64,000 nucleotides of DNA. Origin: Spizellomyces punctatus DAOM BR117. Taxonomy: Eukaryota. A program made the translations under genes and the position numbers. Location: assembly GCA_000182565.2 (NCBI GenBank), contig KQ257450.1; one strand, written 5' to 3'. A model generated the notes under the pieces. That model had not been told where the DNA came from and did not search any database. It saw nothing but the letters and a program-made list of their open reading frames with translations. Positions 29,158-40,587 of this stretch are shown piece after piece; the first letter of the stretch is position 1; every line of letters starts with the position of its first letter.

Positions 29158-29446
29158 GATTGGTTTTGGGATAGATTTTATACTGTATATAACATGGATA
29201 TTTTAAATAGTAGAACCTGATACGAATGACTTTAAACTTGCGTGAGCAGAAATCGTCAGCTCTGGAATATCCTTTTGTTGAACTGGGGATGCGCGCTTGC
29301 AATAGTATCCAAAAATCCATATGTTGGGTTCCAACCAATTCGATCAAGGACTGCGCTCGATTTTTTCAGTTTTTCCATGCGCCACGCACATGACCCATTT
29401 TCAAATATAAAAGCGTCGCCTTTCCGGCCTCCCGCCATTTTTCTTT

Positions 29447-29671
29447 ATCGACCAACTCTTCAGGATCATATGTGGAGTCTGTCGTACCTCGCTTTGTTTT
29501 CTAACAAAGTCGCACATATCACCGTAGGATGATGAGACGAAGGGCCTCTATCCAACAAGAAGTGGGGAGCGTTTGAGATGTGCCTTTTGGTCGTCTCCCT
29601 CCCGTTGAAGATTTCTCCTCTGGGATATTCCAACCCGGTAGGAAGGATGGTGGGCCCCGTCTGACTCGGTT
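29447..29671 (+). ncRNA. U3 snoRNA-like gene (divergent, intronless)
   Basis: TATAAAA at 29406-29412; 5' ATCGAC; box A CAGGATCA (complementary to the conserved 18S 5' UGAUCCUG); hairpin CTTTGTT-TTCT-AACAAAG; box C' GGATGATGA at ~29527 and box D CTGA at 29661, framed by stems ACCG/CGGT and GACG/CGTC. Confidence 0.78.
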
Positions 29672-30271
29672 AAAACTTAAGATGATGTGGTCTATGAGGT
29701 CATACTATTCTTTAGTCTGCTGCTTCTTTTAAATACATGTTGGTGGCATGCCAAAGGATAGTTTGATGCTCACCGACTGTATATTATTGGTTGTTGTCTA
29801 TTGTTTATTTTGATAAGGTAGGGAGAGATGCGGGCCTGAGCGTGGAGATACGATATGTCGTAATGAGTCAGCGAGGTGACTCATGCTGCGTCAAGATTAT
29901 TGGCCGTGTTTGAAAACAAGGGATTTCCTCCCGCAGCATGCGACAATCAGACCCTGTCCGCCCGAACCAGAGAAGCGCGAAAATAAACAATGTCGCAACG
30001 GGAGAGAAAAAGCCACGTAACGCCTGCAGTTGCAGATATGCTCTGGCCGTCCTATTGATGGGCCAAATGCAACCTCCCACTTGTCAACGAGACTCGCGAA
30101 ATCACGAAGCCGTAGAGAGTGCCCAGACTGCGAAAAATATCCACTATGGAATAGACATGATTACAAGTTTTTGAAAAAAAATAGATCATGTTCAAAGAAA
30201 GTATATTACAAGATGATGGGAATACTAGCGTGCAGTAGAAGCAGACTTCTATAAAATAGCCGCCGGGATGA

Positions 30272-31272
30272 TTAAAATACAGTCTGTGCATAACAGGTAC
30301 TCGATACATCCAATGCTGCCGTCACTACCGTCGCCGAAGCAGCAACGGCAGCCGCTGCTGCCGCCACAGCCAGGCTTGCAGGAGCAGTGCTCCGAGGTAT
30401 GTTCATCACAGGAACGCCACTAGGCGTATCTATTGTTTTGCAGCCGCGCTTTGGTGCTACATGCTTCTCTGATGGAATGTCGAGTATAGAGCCTGCACTG
30501 GGCCGTCTAAGCAAGACTGTCCGATGTTCTTGGTCGCGACAGGCAACGGCCAAAGGAAGACGGGACGGTAATGGTTGTGTTTCGAGTTGCTGTGCCAGCA
30601 AAGGGAGGATAGGAGAAGGTACGGGTACACAAGAGAGAACGCCTTCTTCCCGGACGGTGGGGCAAATGTCGGGAATCGCTGTTTTATTGCAAATGTTGCA
30701 GCCCTTGTCTAATTGATCAGGCAGTCTCAATCGGAGGATAATTTCTTCCATTTCTTCTTTACATGCTCCGACCTTGAAGTCGAGCAGAAAGAGGAGCTGT
30801 CGTTCCATAAGATTGACTTCTGCCAAGGAAAACACGGCGGAATGTGCTGCCCATACACGGTTCTTGACGGGAGCATCGTACAAGTACTTTGTTGCGACCA
30901 GCATGGAGGCAAGGACGATGCGATGCAGTGTGCAGGCGAGACCGCGGGCAGTGGATGGGAGCTTACGTTGCAAACGTGAGAGGTAGCAGATGGCTGTAAT
31001 GAGCGTGGAACTCGACACGCGCATCCGTCGTGCAAAGTCATTTACGAATTTGTGGAGGGGTGGGACATGAACTGAACCAGGTGTTGGAGGAGCGCAAGGG
31101 ATAACTTGACTGGCAGTGTCAACAACGAGATCTGAAAGTCACACACACATTAGTATCAGCACCCGGAAAAAAAATAACGTTCAATTAAAAAATACACACT
31201 TATGAGAGCAGCGTTGATCGGTTGTGTGCAAGTAACTCGCAAGAGTTCGTTGCGGCAGCACGGACGTATCAT
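30272..31272 (-). CDS. Pho85-type (Pcl1/2-like) cyclin
   Basis: PPLHKFV, SSTLITAICYLSRL, CTLHRIVLASMLVATKYLYDAPVKNRVW, EVNLMERQLLFLLDF; 2 exons. Confidence 0.9.
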
Positions 31273-31404
31273 GATTGTGTAGTAACAGTTAAGTTCTTTT
31301 ATAGAGTGTTGGTCGTTGCAGAGATGGCGAAGATGGCGAGCAAGCCCATTGCTTTTTTATAACCCCCAAAGCTGCTCCCGTCGTTCAGAAACTCGTTCTT
31401 AAAT

Positions 31405-31424
31405 CCCCCCCCCCCCCCCCCCCC
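31405..31424. repeat. C20 homopolymer upstream of the cyclin TATA box
   Basis: Read directly. Confidence 0.95.
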
Positions 31425-32802
31425 TTGTTCTCTTCCCTCTTGCACTCGTTCTAAAGGACCCTCTCCGACAACAAACCCCCACATTATCCAAATTCCTCTC
31501 CAAAAAATCTCGCCTCGGATTCTGGCCGCCCAAAACTTCTTTTTTCTTTTTGGGTCCATTTCCCCCTTTTTTTGTCTATTTTTTTTTGGGCGGATCTGGG
31601 TCCTAAAATTAGGCGCGCGTCTGTCCAGGAACATTTGACTTTCCTTTTTAGGTAAGAGAACCCGTGACTCCCAAATTTCTGTTACATTTCCTCAAAAAGA
31701 TGCAGATCACGCAGTAAAAATTTGATACTTTTCAGCAGCCATGCCATACCTCTGGTTAGGTTGGATGCGATCCAGGCGTGCGGAAGCGAGACTTGGAACC
31801 AGGGATTGACATCTGACCATGGACCATGTCCTGGGAAGTGATTGTTATCAAAAGGCTGTTTGCTGTGCTGGCTGACATGCGGGTCTTTGCATAATAATGG
31901 AGACACGATTCCATAGCAACACATCGGATATTTGGAAATCACCAAAGCATTGCTGTCGTTGATCAAGTCAGCAATTGAGTAAAGATATTTCATGCTGCAT
32001 CCGAAACTCTAGACAATATACGATGATCAGGGTCAACAAAAAAGGATGTCAGCGCTGTATATTGTTGTGGACGGAGGGAATGCAGATCAAACAACAGATT
32101 TTCCGGCTGTTGTGGACGCGGCGACGGTGAGGCCGTGGTGAGGGATCGAGATCAGAAACGACAGATTTTCGGCGGTCGGCAGAGAGAAACGATTGCAGTC
32201 CTTGGAGCTCTTGAAGGGGATGGCATCCGATCCGTTCATGTGATTAGGGGACATTCCAATTGGCATTCCAACCAACCAGTCATGGGAGAACAAAAGGAAA
32301 CTTTCTGGAGTTGAAATTTACAAGTTGGATGCAGGCCGTTGATCATGCGAGAATTAAAAGCACTGGAAACGGAGCATCAGCAAAAAGATGCAGGGAAATC
32401 TCACAGCTTTTTTGCTCTTGCTCAAGTTGGGGAACGTTCAATTTCAAGTAATGATCGCCGGCATAGACGGGAGAACATGAATATATCATGTAGGCGGAGA
32501 TATGGCCTTGATGGGAATGAGCGTTCGATGGTACAGTTGACTGAGTGGGCTGGCAATTCATTAGCATAAATTCGTGCATAACAACACTGGACACTTGCTT
32601 TGTTTGCCCAGACCATCAGAAAATGTATCAATATTCAAAAGTATTCCATATCCATTAAAACACTAGCACACTGGCATACTTACTCAACATTACGAGTAAG
32701 ACGAAAAACTTTACAAAAAAAAACATAAAAACCTAAAACAATCACTGGCGATGCAACTATGGCATCCAAACTGATATAGCAGCAGCGCTTCATAGAACCG
32801 CA

Positions 32803-33372
32803 TTAAATTCCAACCCCACCATAAGCTTGAACAGGCTTGTCCTCTTCAATATAGTCAACACCGGAGAAGGAGGAAAAGGAAGTAACGACATTCGCAGGGA
32901 TTTCAACTGAAATGGCCGGAATAACAGAGAACCTAACATCCAATATTTAACTACTCTGCATCTGCTGAATCCGAGGACATGGCAAATTTATACCTGTTGA
33001 TTACTTTTCCACCAACGTCAGTCACTTTCTTTATGAGGTCGTCCAGAGTCTTTTTGTTGGCGTTTTCCTTGAAAGAAATGATGTAGCGCTTCATTTCTGA
33101 AAGTACAAAATGAGGCCAGAGCGTTAGTGCCAATCCTTTCTGGCTACCCACATCCAAGTACCCAAATAAAATTCTTGCAAATCGCACTTTCAAACTTGCA
33201 AAAGCGTCACTCATCCTTGCCCTCTCAGTGACCACCTACCTGCAGTTGTCCTCTTTCCCGCATCCAAAATAACCTCTTGGTATTCATTCTGAGCTGCAGC
33301 GTACGAAGGCACCACCACAAGAGCAAGTACTGCAAGGATAGCGACGACTAGAAGGGCACGAGAGAAACGCAT
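32803..33372 (-). CDS. Secreted stand-alone peptidase inhibitor I9 (subtilisin-propeptide-like) protein
   Basis: Signal peptide MRFSRALLVVAILAVLALVVVPSYA; spliced domain RYIISFK...GGKVINRFSVIPAISVEIP...VDYIEEDKPVQAY; 3 exons. Confidence 0.85.
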
Positions 33373-33631
33373 AGTGTGCAGATTGGGAGTGTTCAAGGAT
33401 CTCGAAAGTGTTCAACAAGTGGACTGCGTCATCCCCCAAATCGAGAGGCGTCCTGCGTAAGCACGTGTGGCTTAGCTAGTGATCACTTAAACATCTGGCT
33501 TAACTGGAAGCTTTTGACAGCTCGCGGCTGACACTGCCAGATGACATGGCCGAGAGGAAAGTGCACTACCTTCCTTTGAAAGATATCGTGACACTCAAGG
33601 TAAGCCATGCGATAAGGGTGCTGTGCGTATT

Positions 33632-33649
33632 GGGGGGGGGGGGGGGGGG
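33632..33649. repeat. G18 homopolymer in the divergent I9/F-box intergenic region
   Basis: Read directly. Confidence 0.95.
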
Positions 33650-33775
33650 AAGCTCCTTATTCAGGATTGGGCTGTAGGACGCGTCAAAAAGTTGGATAGT
33701 GGAGCCTCTCTGCACCCTTTCTGACAGCCCTTTTGCAGAACATTTGCCCTCGTTAATGCGACGGCTCTTTCATGC

Positions 33776-35830
33776 ATGAATACGGTCTCTGGAGCAGAGA
33801 TCGTTCTGGACCGTGTCGCACGGCCCGTCATCGAGCTGTGTCATGCAGTCCTCGAATCCATCAACTCGGGCGAGGACTTGACAAAGAGAAGGGTAGCTAC
33901 CGCTATGGAATCCTGCAAGTTTGCTTTGAGCTTGCCTCTTTGTCAGCCTACTCTCGCCGAGAGACTGAAACAGTTTAATGAAAGCTTTGAGGCTCAGAAT
34001 GCGTTTTATGGTCAAGTTAATGATCATCTTGAGAGCGAGATACCACACACAAATGGTTCGACGAATCCTGCAATCCCAATCACTTTTTGCTCAAAAAAAG
34101 GCTTGCATCGATACAAACACTTGCATCGCCGACCATCACATCTCAGATCGGGTCCATCTCCCGCAATGCAATCGCCGACGGGTATCACAGTCCTCAGTCC
34201 AGATATTCTTTACATGATTTTCCAGTACGTGGGGAACAGGCACACCGAGGACAAGAGTGCTTATATAAAGGGCCAAATGTACCTTCTTGAAGCAAGTCTG
34301 GCAAACCGTGCGTGGAACGCCACAGCTTCGGTCCTGTTATGGCGCAATCCAATGTTGAACGGCTTTCCCAGTCTTTTGAACTTTACACTGGCATTGCAGC
34401 TCAGCCGTAGTTTCAACCGGGAAGGACAGGCGATGGGTGATTGGGTCAGACGACTGGATATACCTGCCATACCATGCTGGAGCGTCGGTGGTCTCCCGTT
34501 GATGTCGAAACTGTTGACCTCACTAGGAACTTCATGTCCGAAGTTGGTAACATTGAAATTGGACAAGACGAGTGGCGGGATTGAAGTCCATTCGCTCAAG
34601 GCGATATTCAAGGCATGTGCCAAGCTCACAGCACTGAAATTTCACATGATTCTCGGCTCCAGAGAGCTTATCGTGATGCACCATGAGGAGGATGAAGGTG
34701 ATGACTGGCCTGATGACGATAGCGACCACGAGCAGAGAGGCAACGATGGAAATGGTCACATCGGAGATAAAACCGATGGGCATATACCGGCTGCGTGTAC
34801 GATCCCAGAGATTCCAACTGAACTAGACTGTGCAGACGTACCCGTATCTGGAGTGTATCCTCTGGACGTCCGCGAGACCCTCCAAGCTGGTTTCGCAAGA
34901 CTCCAGATTTGCGATCTCGCAGGAATAACAAGTACCAGTCGTGACGCAACCCTCAACTTTCTCAACGTCGTCCAAGAAGGTCTCGGACCAAACCTAACAA
35001 GATGCCATCTCGGAGGCCTCGAAGCAGACCAGGCCCACATAACTCTGGACCACTGTGCAAAATTCCTCAACCACATTGCAATGTCCTGCACCAACCTCCA
35101 AGTTCTCCAGGTCCCCATCCGCCCGAGCACGTCCCTGGAGGACTACTCAAGCATGAGCACCGCTCTCACCGCCCTCTCGAAATCTGGCTCGCGTATCCAC
35201 TCTCTATCCATCCGACATAATCTCCGGGAAGAATCCGAAGATGTCAATACCGAACATCGCGCCAAAATGTGCCTTGCCCAACTCCATAAATCCCTACCAA
35301 GGATATTCAGCGCCTTTCGACATCTCACAGAGCTCGATCTACAAGGCTTGCAACCCACCGACAAATTACTCCGCAAACTCTGCAAGCATGCCCCGAGGAC
35401 ACTTGACACTCTTTTGATGGACATTGACGCTATACCGCAACCCTCCATTATCCAATTCGTCCAAAAGCGCGGGGCACAGCTCCGAATGCTATCCTTACTC
35501 TCCATTCTGACATTCCCCAATCACTACATCCTAAATGAAATAGCACGGCGCTGCACAAACCTGGTTGTCCTCGATCTCCGGCACAAGGGACCGGATGAAA
35601 CGGTGACGAGCATTGTTCAGGTGCCACTTCCCGCAGAATGGATCGCGAGCTTACGAACCATTTTACAGACGAGGATGACTTTGCAAAAATTGATTCTGAG
35701 TTGGGTGCCTAGGACGGGTTACTCTGATACCGTCCTGGATCTTGCAATGGATTATCCAAATGTTGTCGTTTGGGATGCTTTCCCTATGAAGGCTTGTGAC
35801 GCTCTTAATGTAGAGTACCCTGCCTGGTGA
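33776..35830 (+). CDS. F-box/LRR-like protein, intronless, 684 aa
   Basis: F-box-like LSPDILYMIFQYV...SLANRAWNATASVLLWRNP followed by CPKLVTLKL and CTNLQVLQ-type repeats. Confidence 0.75.
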   Translation: MNTVSGAEIVLDRVARPVIELCHAVLESINSGEDLTKRRVATAMESCKFALSLPLCQPTLAERLKQFNESFEAQNAFYGQVNDHLESEIPHTNGSTNPAIPITFCSKKGLHRYKHLHRRPSHLRSGPSPAMQSPTGITVLSPDILYMIFQYVGNRHTEDKSAYIKGQMYLLEASLANRAWNATASVLLWRNPMLNGFPSLLNFTLALQLSRSFNREGQAMGDWVRRLDIPAIPCWSVGGLPLMSKLLTSLGTSCPKLVTLKLDKTSGGIEVHSLKAIFKACAKLTALKFHMILGSRELIVMHHEEDEGDDWPDDDSDHEQRGNDGNGHIGDKTDGHIPAACTIPEIPTELDCADVPVSGVYPLDVRETLQAGFARLQICDLAGITSTSRDATLNFLNVVQEGLGPNLTRCHLGGLEADQAHITLDHCAKFLNHIAMSCTNLQVLQVPIRPSTSLEDYSSMSTALTALSKSGSRIHSLSIRHNLREESEDVNTEHRAKMCLAQLHKSLPRIFSAFRHLTELDLQGLQPTDKLLRKLCKHAPRTLDTLLMDIDAIPQPSIIQFVQKRGAQLRMLSLLSILTFPNHYILNEIARRCTNLVVLDLRHKGPDETVTSIVQVPLPAEWIASLRTILQTRMTLQKLILSWVPRTGYSDTVLDLAMDYPNVVVWDAFPMKACDALNVEYPAW

Positions 35831-36189
35831 CTAGTCCCTGAAAACCGTAGCAGTGCTCCTCATAGGGATTTCAGAAGCAGGATTTTGGTTTCTGGGGTGA
35901 ACTGGGATACATGCTGACGAAGTAGAATTTGCACGAGGAGTAGCGTAGGTGTTTTGATAGTGATAGTATAAACTTCCACTCTTTCGTTGTTTAGCAAGCC
36001 TGTATCTACACATGCTGAAATTACAATCTACCATAGAGTAGGCCAGATTTCCTGGTTGTTCCATTACACCCTGTGGTTGTCAGTTTTGCTTCCAAGAGCG
36101 ATACGTTGTACCAATCTATACATATGAGATTTTTAGATTAGGAAGGATACATCCTCAACGATTCTATGAAGGCCAGCTACACATTCCTC

Positions 36190-36212
36190 CACACACGCAC
36201 ACACACACACAC
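36190..36212. repeat. (CA)n microsatellite in the septin 3' region
   Basis: cacacacgcacacacacacacac. Confidence 0.85.
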
Positions 36213-36257
36213 TACAATTCCCAATATCATCATCCCCAAAGGAAATGCGGCTCAGAT

Positions 36258-37783
36258 CTATGCCGCAGATACCTGACTTGCGGTCATGGAACTGGTGTCC
36301 GGCCCAGATCTATAGCTTCCCATCTGCGACGTGCTTTCCTTCAACGCGACCAATTGTTTGGTTCGGAACGCTTCGTAATGCACAGAGGCGGTCGTTTCGA
36401 TCATGTCTTGGAGGTGGCTACGAGTGAGGAAGTTGCGGAGATGGACGAATTCGCAGTGACTTTCATTTTCCACTATAAAAAAAAGAGGCAAATGAGTAAT
36501 TGTCCATAAAAGTACTGTCAGTGTCTTGTCCTGAACTCACCGTCGATGATTCCCCAACGTGTCCTCCGCCCACGCACAGCCTTGCCATCAATGACCACAT
36601 TCCTCTCAGATCCCACGATAGCGAATGGAATCATATCCTATGCGTGAAACATGGTCAGCACAAGTAGAACTGGCATAATCAAGGAACAAGCCACCTACTC
36701 TAATCATCTGTACAGTTTGCCGCTCCACACGATCCGTGTCACTCAGGATCACATCCTCCTCAATGTCTATGTAGGGATAGCACCTGATGCCGTGAAACTC
36801 AATCTCTTCCTTTATCCTTCGCTTGAAAGCAGTACGCTCTTCCATCGTCAATGAATCAGCTTTGGCAATTACAGGGATGACATTCGCCACTTCGGAGATC
36901 TTTTTCATAACTGTGATGTCAAGTGGAGTAAGGCTGAAGATACAGGTTAGAACAGCGATCTTTCGACCGAGAATTGACAGGATAAGACGTACGCATGGCC
37001 AGTGGGGGCAATGAAAAACAAGACAGCGTGAATGCGGGTGTCCGGAATACGCTTCTCACGTGCCGGCGTGAGTTCTTTGCGCAGGTAGGCTGAATACTGC
37101 TCTTTAATATACTTGATGATGGGATCCCAGCTGTAAATAAAGGAACGAGCACCTCGACGAATGAGCTTCTTTCCTGCTGGCAATTCGCGGCACTCGTCAT
37201 CCTACCAGTTGTCGTTGTTCACTTGATCACCGTAGCCAGGTGTGTCTGTAATGGTTAGCTTCAGCTTCACGCCATTTTCTTCGATGACTAATGGACACCG
37301 CAAATCAGAATATCAGTTATCAGAGAGCATGACTATCCTTCAGGCACACTGCTCACCATGCGATATGCTCTGGATGTCGACAGTCTGACGGAATGTATCA
37401 GCACGTTTGGGTGCGTTCGAATCCTTGAGATGAGCCGCGAAAAGGGTGTTCACGAGGGTACTCTTTCCCATCCCACTACGTCCTGTATAGCGTGTCAGCA
37501 CAACCCTTACTGGAAGCGACAGAGATCTCCCAATTCATACCAACAACCATCACATTGAAGGCAAAGCCCCGCTTAAGCAGCTTGCGTTCGATTTGTTGTG
37601 TAATCGTGTCAAAACCAACATATCCGGTCAAGGTAACCTGCAAACAAGCAAATCCGTAGAACGTCGCGTGAGTTCATCCACAGCATACATGTTGAGCCGC
37701 GGCTACACGAGCCCCAACAATCCAGCGCGAAGCGTTACCTTCTTTGGAGCATCAACTGCAGACGGAGGAACAGGGCTCGCCAT
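36258..37783 (-). CDS. CDC10: Septin, Cdc10-like
   Basis: [67 protein letters not shown]; no C-terminal coiled coil. Confidence 0.92.
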
Positions 37784-38079
37784 ATTGAACTCTGCGAATA
37801 TGAAATGCTGGGGAAGGCGGTGGGATGGCAGGAAATGTTCGTCGTGCCAAAATCACCGACGTGCCGTTCGTGGCCGCGTCGTTCAGGCCGTCGGTTTCAC
37901 TGACAGTTGGGGATAAAAGTCACGTGATCATTGGAAGGTTTTGCGATCGGCGAGCCGACGACGAGATCACACTCGACGAGCGGAATGACAACCGGATCGC
38001 TGTGAGGGCAAGGGCGATATTTAACATACAGGGTCGTCGGGGCGCTTGAATCGAGAACCTTACCCACAATTTGGCCGTG

Positions 38080-40463
38080 ATGTCTCTTCCCAAAGCACAC
38101 CGTCTTCCGGCCTCATTAAGACGAGGTACCAGACTCTTTCCCAAATCGAAGGAGCAAGGGCCCGTTTCTGAGTCTCGGTCTGTATGTTCCTCCACCGCCT
38201 TTCAACCGGTCTTTTACCGTGATGTCATCCGAGTTCCTTTAAATCGCCGCACCTTTCCACTCTGGCGGCACCAAACCGTCGAGCGTACGATATTCCCCGC
38301 TGACCCAGCGCGTCTTGAAGAACAGGAGGCTAATTTCCAACGTAGAAAAGCAACGGCCTCTGAGCTGCAAAGATTACCAGGATGGGAAGTCATTTTTCAA
38401 ACTCTGGAATCCAATCAACCGTCTGTCGACGCAGTTGTGGCCGCAAAAGAAAGGACATTGCGACGGGCGAGACGACGAGAAAATGCTGGATATCTGGGTC
38501 CGGAGGAGGTTTGTCATATCCTTGACAGTATACCCAGTGTCGCCGAGCCTGTACTCATCGATATCATTGTGTGCAATAGGTTCTTTCAGCAATTTCATGT
38601 GCCATTGCTGACTTGCGGGGAAAATCGATTGATGAACAAAACGACTCCATATACCAGTTATATCTTAAAACAATCAAACGATTTCAACAATCTTCGGGAA
38701 ACCTTCGACATCACAATGCTGTGCTACCGGGAGCGATTACCAAAATCACAAAAGATTGCTGTAGATTAGGCAGGCTGGATTTGGCACAGACGGTCGTGGC
38801 ACAATATATGCAAGACTTACAGGGCATTGAGAGATTGGAAGACTCTGAGAGACTATTGGCAGGACCGTTCAACGCACTAATTGAGGCTTATTATCGAGCT
38901 GGAAACCGGGAGATGGGTCAGACGCGTAAGTGCAATAGGCATTGGCGTGGGAACATCGACAAGATTTCTAAATACCTTCGATGTGCAGTTTTACAGGAGA
39001 TGCACAACACGGGCATCAGTCCCAACTCGCGAACTTATAGCATCCTAATCCGAGCATGTGAGCCTGAAGAGGTCGAAACAGCACTGCAAATCCTCCAAAT
39101 GATCGCCAACACACCAAATATGCGACCACGGCTGGCAACTCTGAATAAGGTACTTGACCTTTGTTTCACTGCAGGGGGAAAATATCGCCAGGAAGCGTCA
39201 AAAGTGTTTCAATTGCTCCAACAAATCTATCCCATCAAACCTGGGTGTCGCACTGGCCCAAATTCAACCACTGCCTGCATACTGCTTAAGCAATGTCGGT
39301 CAGAGGCAGATATCGAGTTGGTCTTCCGCGACGTTCAGAAATGGTCGCTAGTTCGGTCGTCTCGCATTCAAGCGAAGGTACTCCGTACTGCTTCACAAAT
39401 TGCTGGGCCGACGAACGCCCTCTCGCAATGCTTGGATTGGGCCAATCGATATGCTGGTCTTGGAGTACCCTTATATCCCGAGTCCGCCAGAGTAGTTCTT
39501 CAGGCGTACACCGACTCTGGTTCTGCAAGGGGAGGTTTGGATTTCGCCGAACGATTATCGCGGTTCACAATTCAGCCTCACGAAGACACTTTACTGGGTC
39601 TGCTCCGATCTGTTGGTCGCGATGCAGAACAAGGAGGCGTTGATCGTCGGGAGGAGGAAGTAGCGTGGCGCATATGGAATGGTTTAAAGGAGAGGTCACA
39701 AGCGCCAACTATACGGACATTTGTGGAGCTTATTGATGCCATGGGAAGGGCTGGCGATATCCGAGGTCTATGGTATCTGTACCGATTGATGAAGTCAAAG
39801 GCGGAGGGCAAAGACGTACCAGTTGTCCGTAAGACAGTCGAAGACGAGACGCCTGAAGCTGCCCTGCTAGCTCGAATAGATCCGAACGACACTCGGCTCA
39901 ATCGTGCATTCGTACGCGCCTTCGGGTCGCGCCTTGCGTCGGATCCCAAGTCTGCAGCGGCCGTGTTTGCGGCGGGTTCGAATGACGAGAGATCAGCCCT
40001 CGACTTACTACGAAGTGTCCGTGACCGGCGGCAGGCCCCACGCATATTGAATGATTTGCTTGGAGTTGCCGTAACTCGTGGTGCGCCCCTAACTACCGAT
40101 GGCCTCGGCAAAGCGTTTGCACAAGTTATCGAACGGGCCCGAAAGCCCGAGTACAATGCCATGGCATTCAGTTCTGCTGAAGGGCTGGACAAGATTGGTG
40201 CTTGGAATTTGCGTGCGCAGGGTCCCAGACCCGAACGTCAGATTGAAGCAGCTCGCACGGCGGTTGTCAGAGCTGCGGCACACGGGGTCGCCGATGCGGC
40301 AGCTAGCGTCAGGAGCGGCGAGGATGTCTCACGGGCTCTTGGTGCTTTAGAGTCGTGGATAGATGGGCGTAGTGCGGAGGAAGGGATCGAGGATGTTCAA
40401 CACGCGCTGGAGCGCTTGGAAGGGTGGACAAAGGACGTAACAAGGCAGCCGGCATCAGGATAG
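38080..40463 (+). CDS. Pentatricopeptide-repeat protein, probably mitochondrial
   Basis: Introns at 38509-38579 and 38926-38988 join the ORFs; spliced PPR motif FNALIEAYYRAGNREMGQTLLQEMHNTGISPNSRTYSILIRAC. Confidence 0.85.
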
Positions 40464-40587
40464 ACATCGCATCACCACCATCTTTACATTTTGTTGTTTT
40501 TCCTGCATTATTTTTATTTTATTTACTAACGGCCATTGTTGAACGGAGACTTTGATATTTGTCACGTGGTGATATAATCTGCCCATT

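Noticed and set aside
29256..29438. 60-aa minus-strand ORF
   Set aside because: Overlaps the U3-like promoter; no homology cues
31299..31349. Possible uORF before the Pcl cyclin (ATG at 31349)
   Set aside because: It lies only a few nt downstream of the TATA box, so probably upstream of the TSS
38071..38769. Apparent frameshift between overlapping ORFs at the start of the PPR gene
   Set aside because: A 71-nt GT-AG intron (38509-38579) joins the frames cleanly
39578..40192. Long antisense ORFs (also 60127-60747, 14569-15087, 62326-62793)
   Set aside because: Shadows of real genes on the opposite strand, with no recognisable motifs
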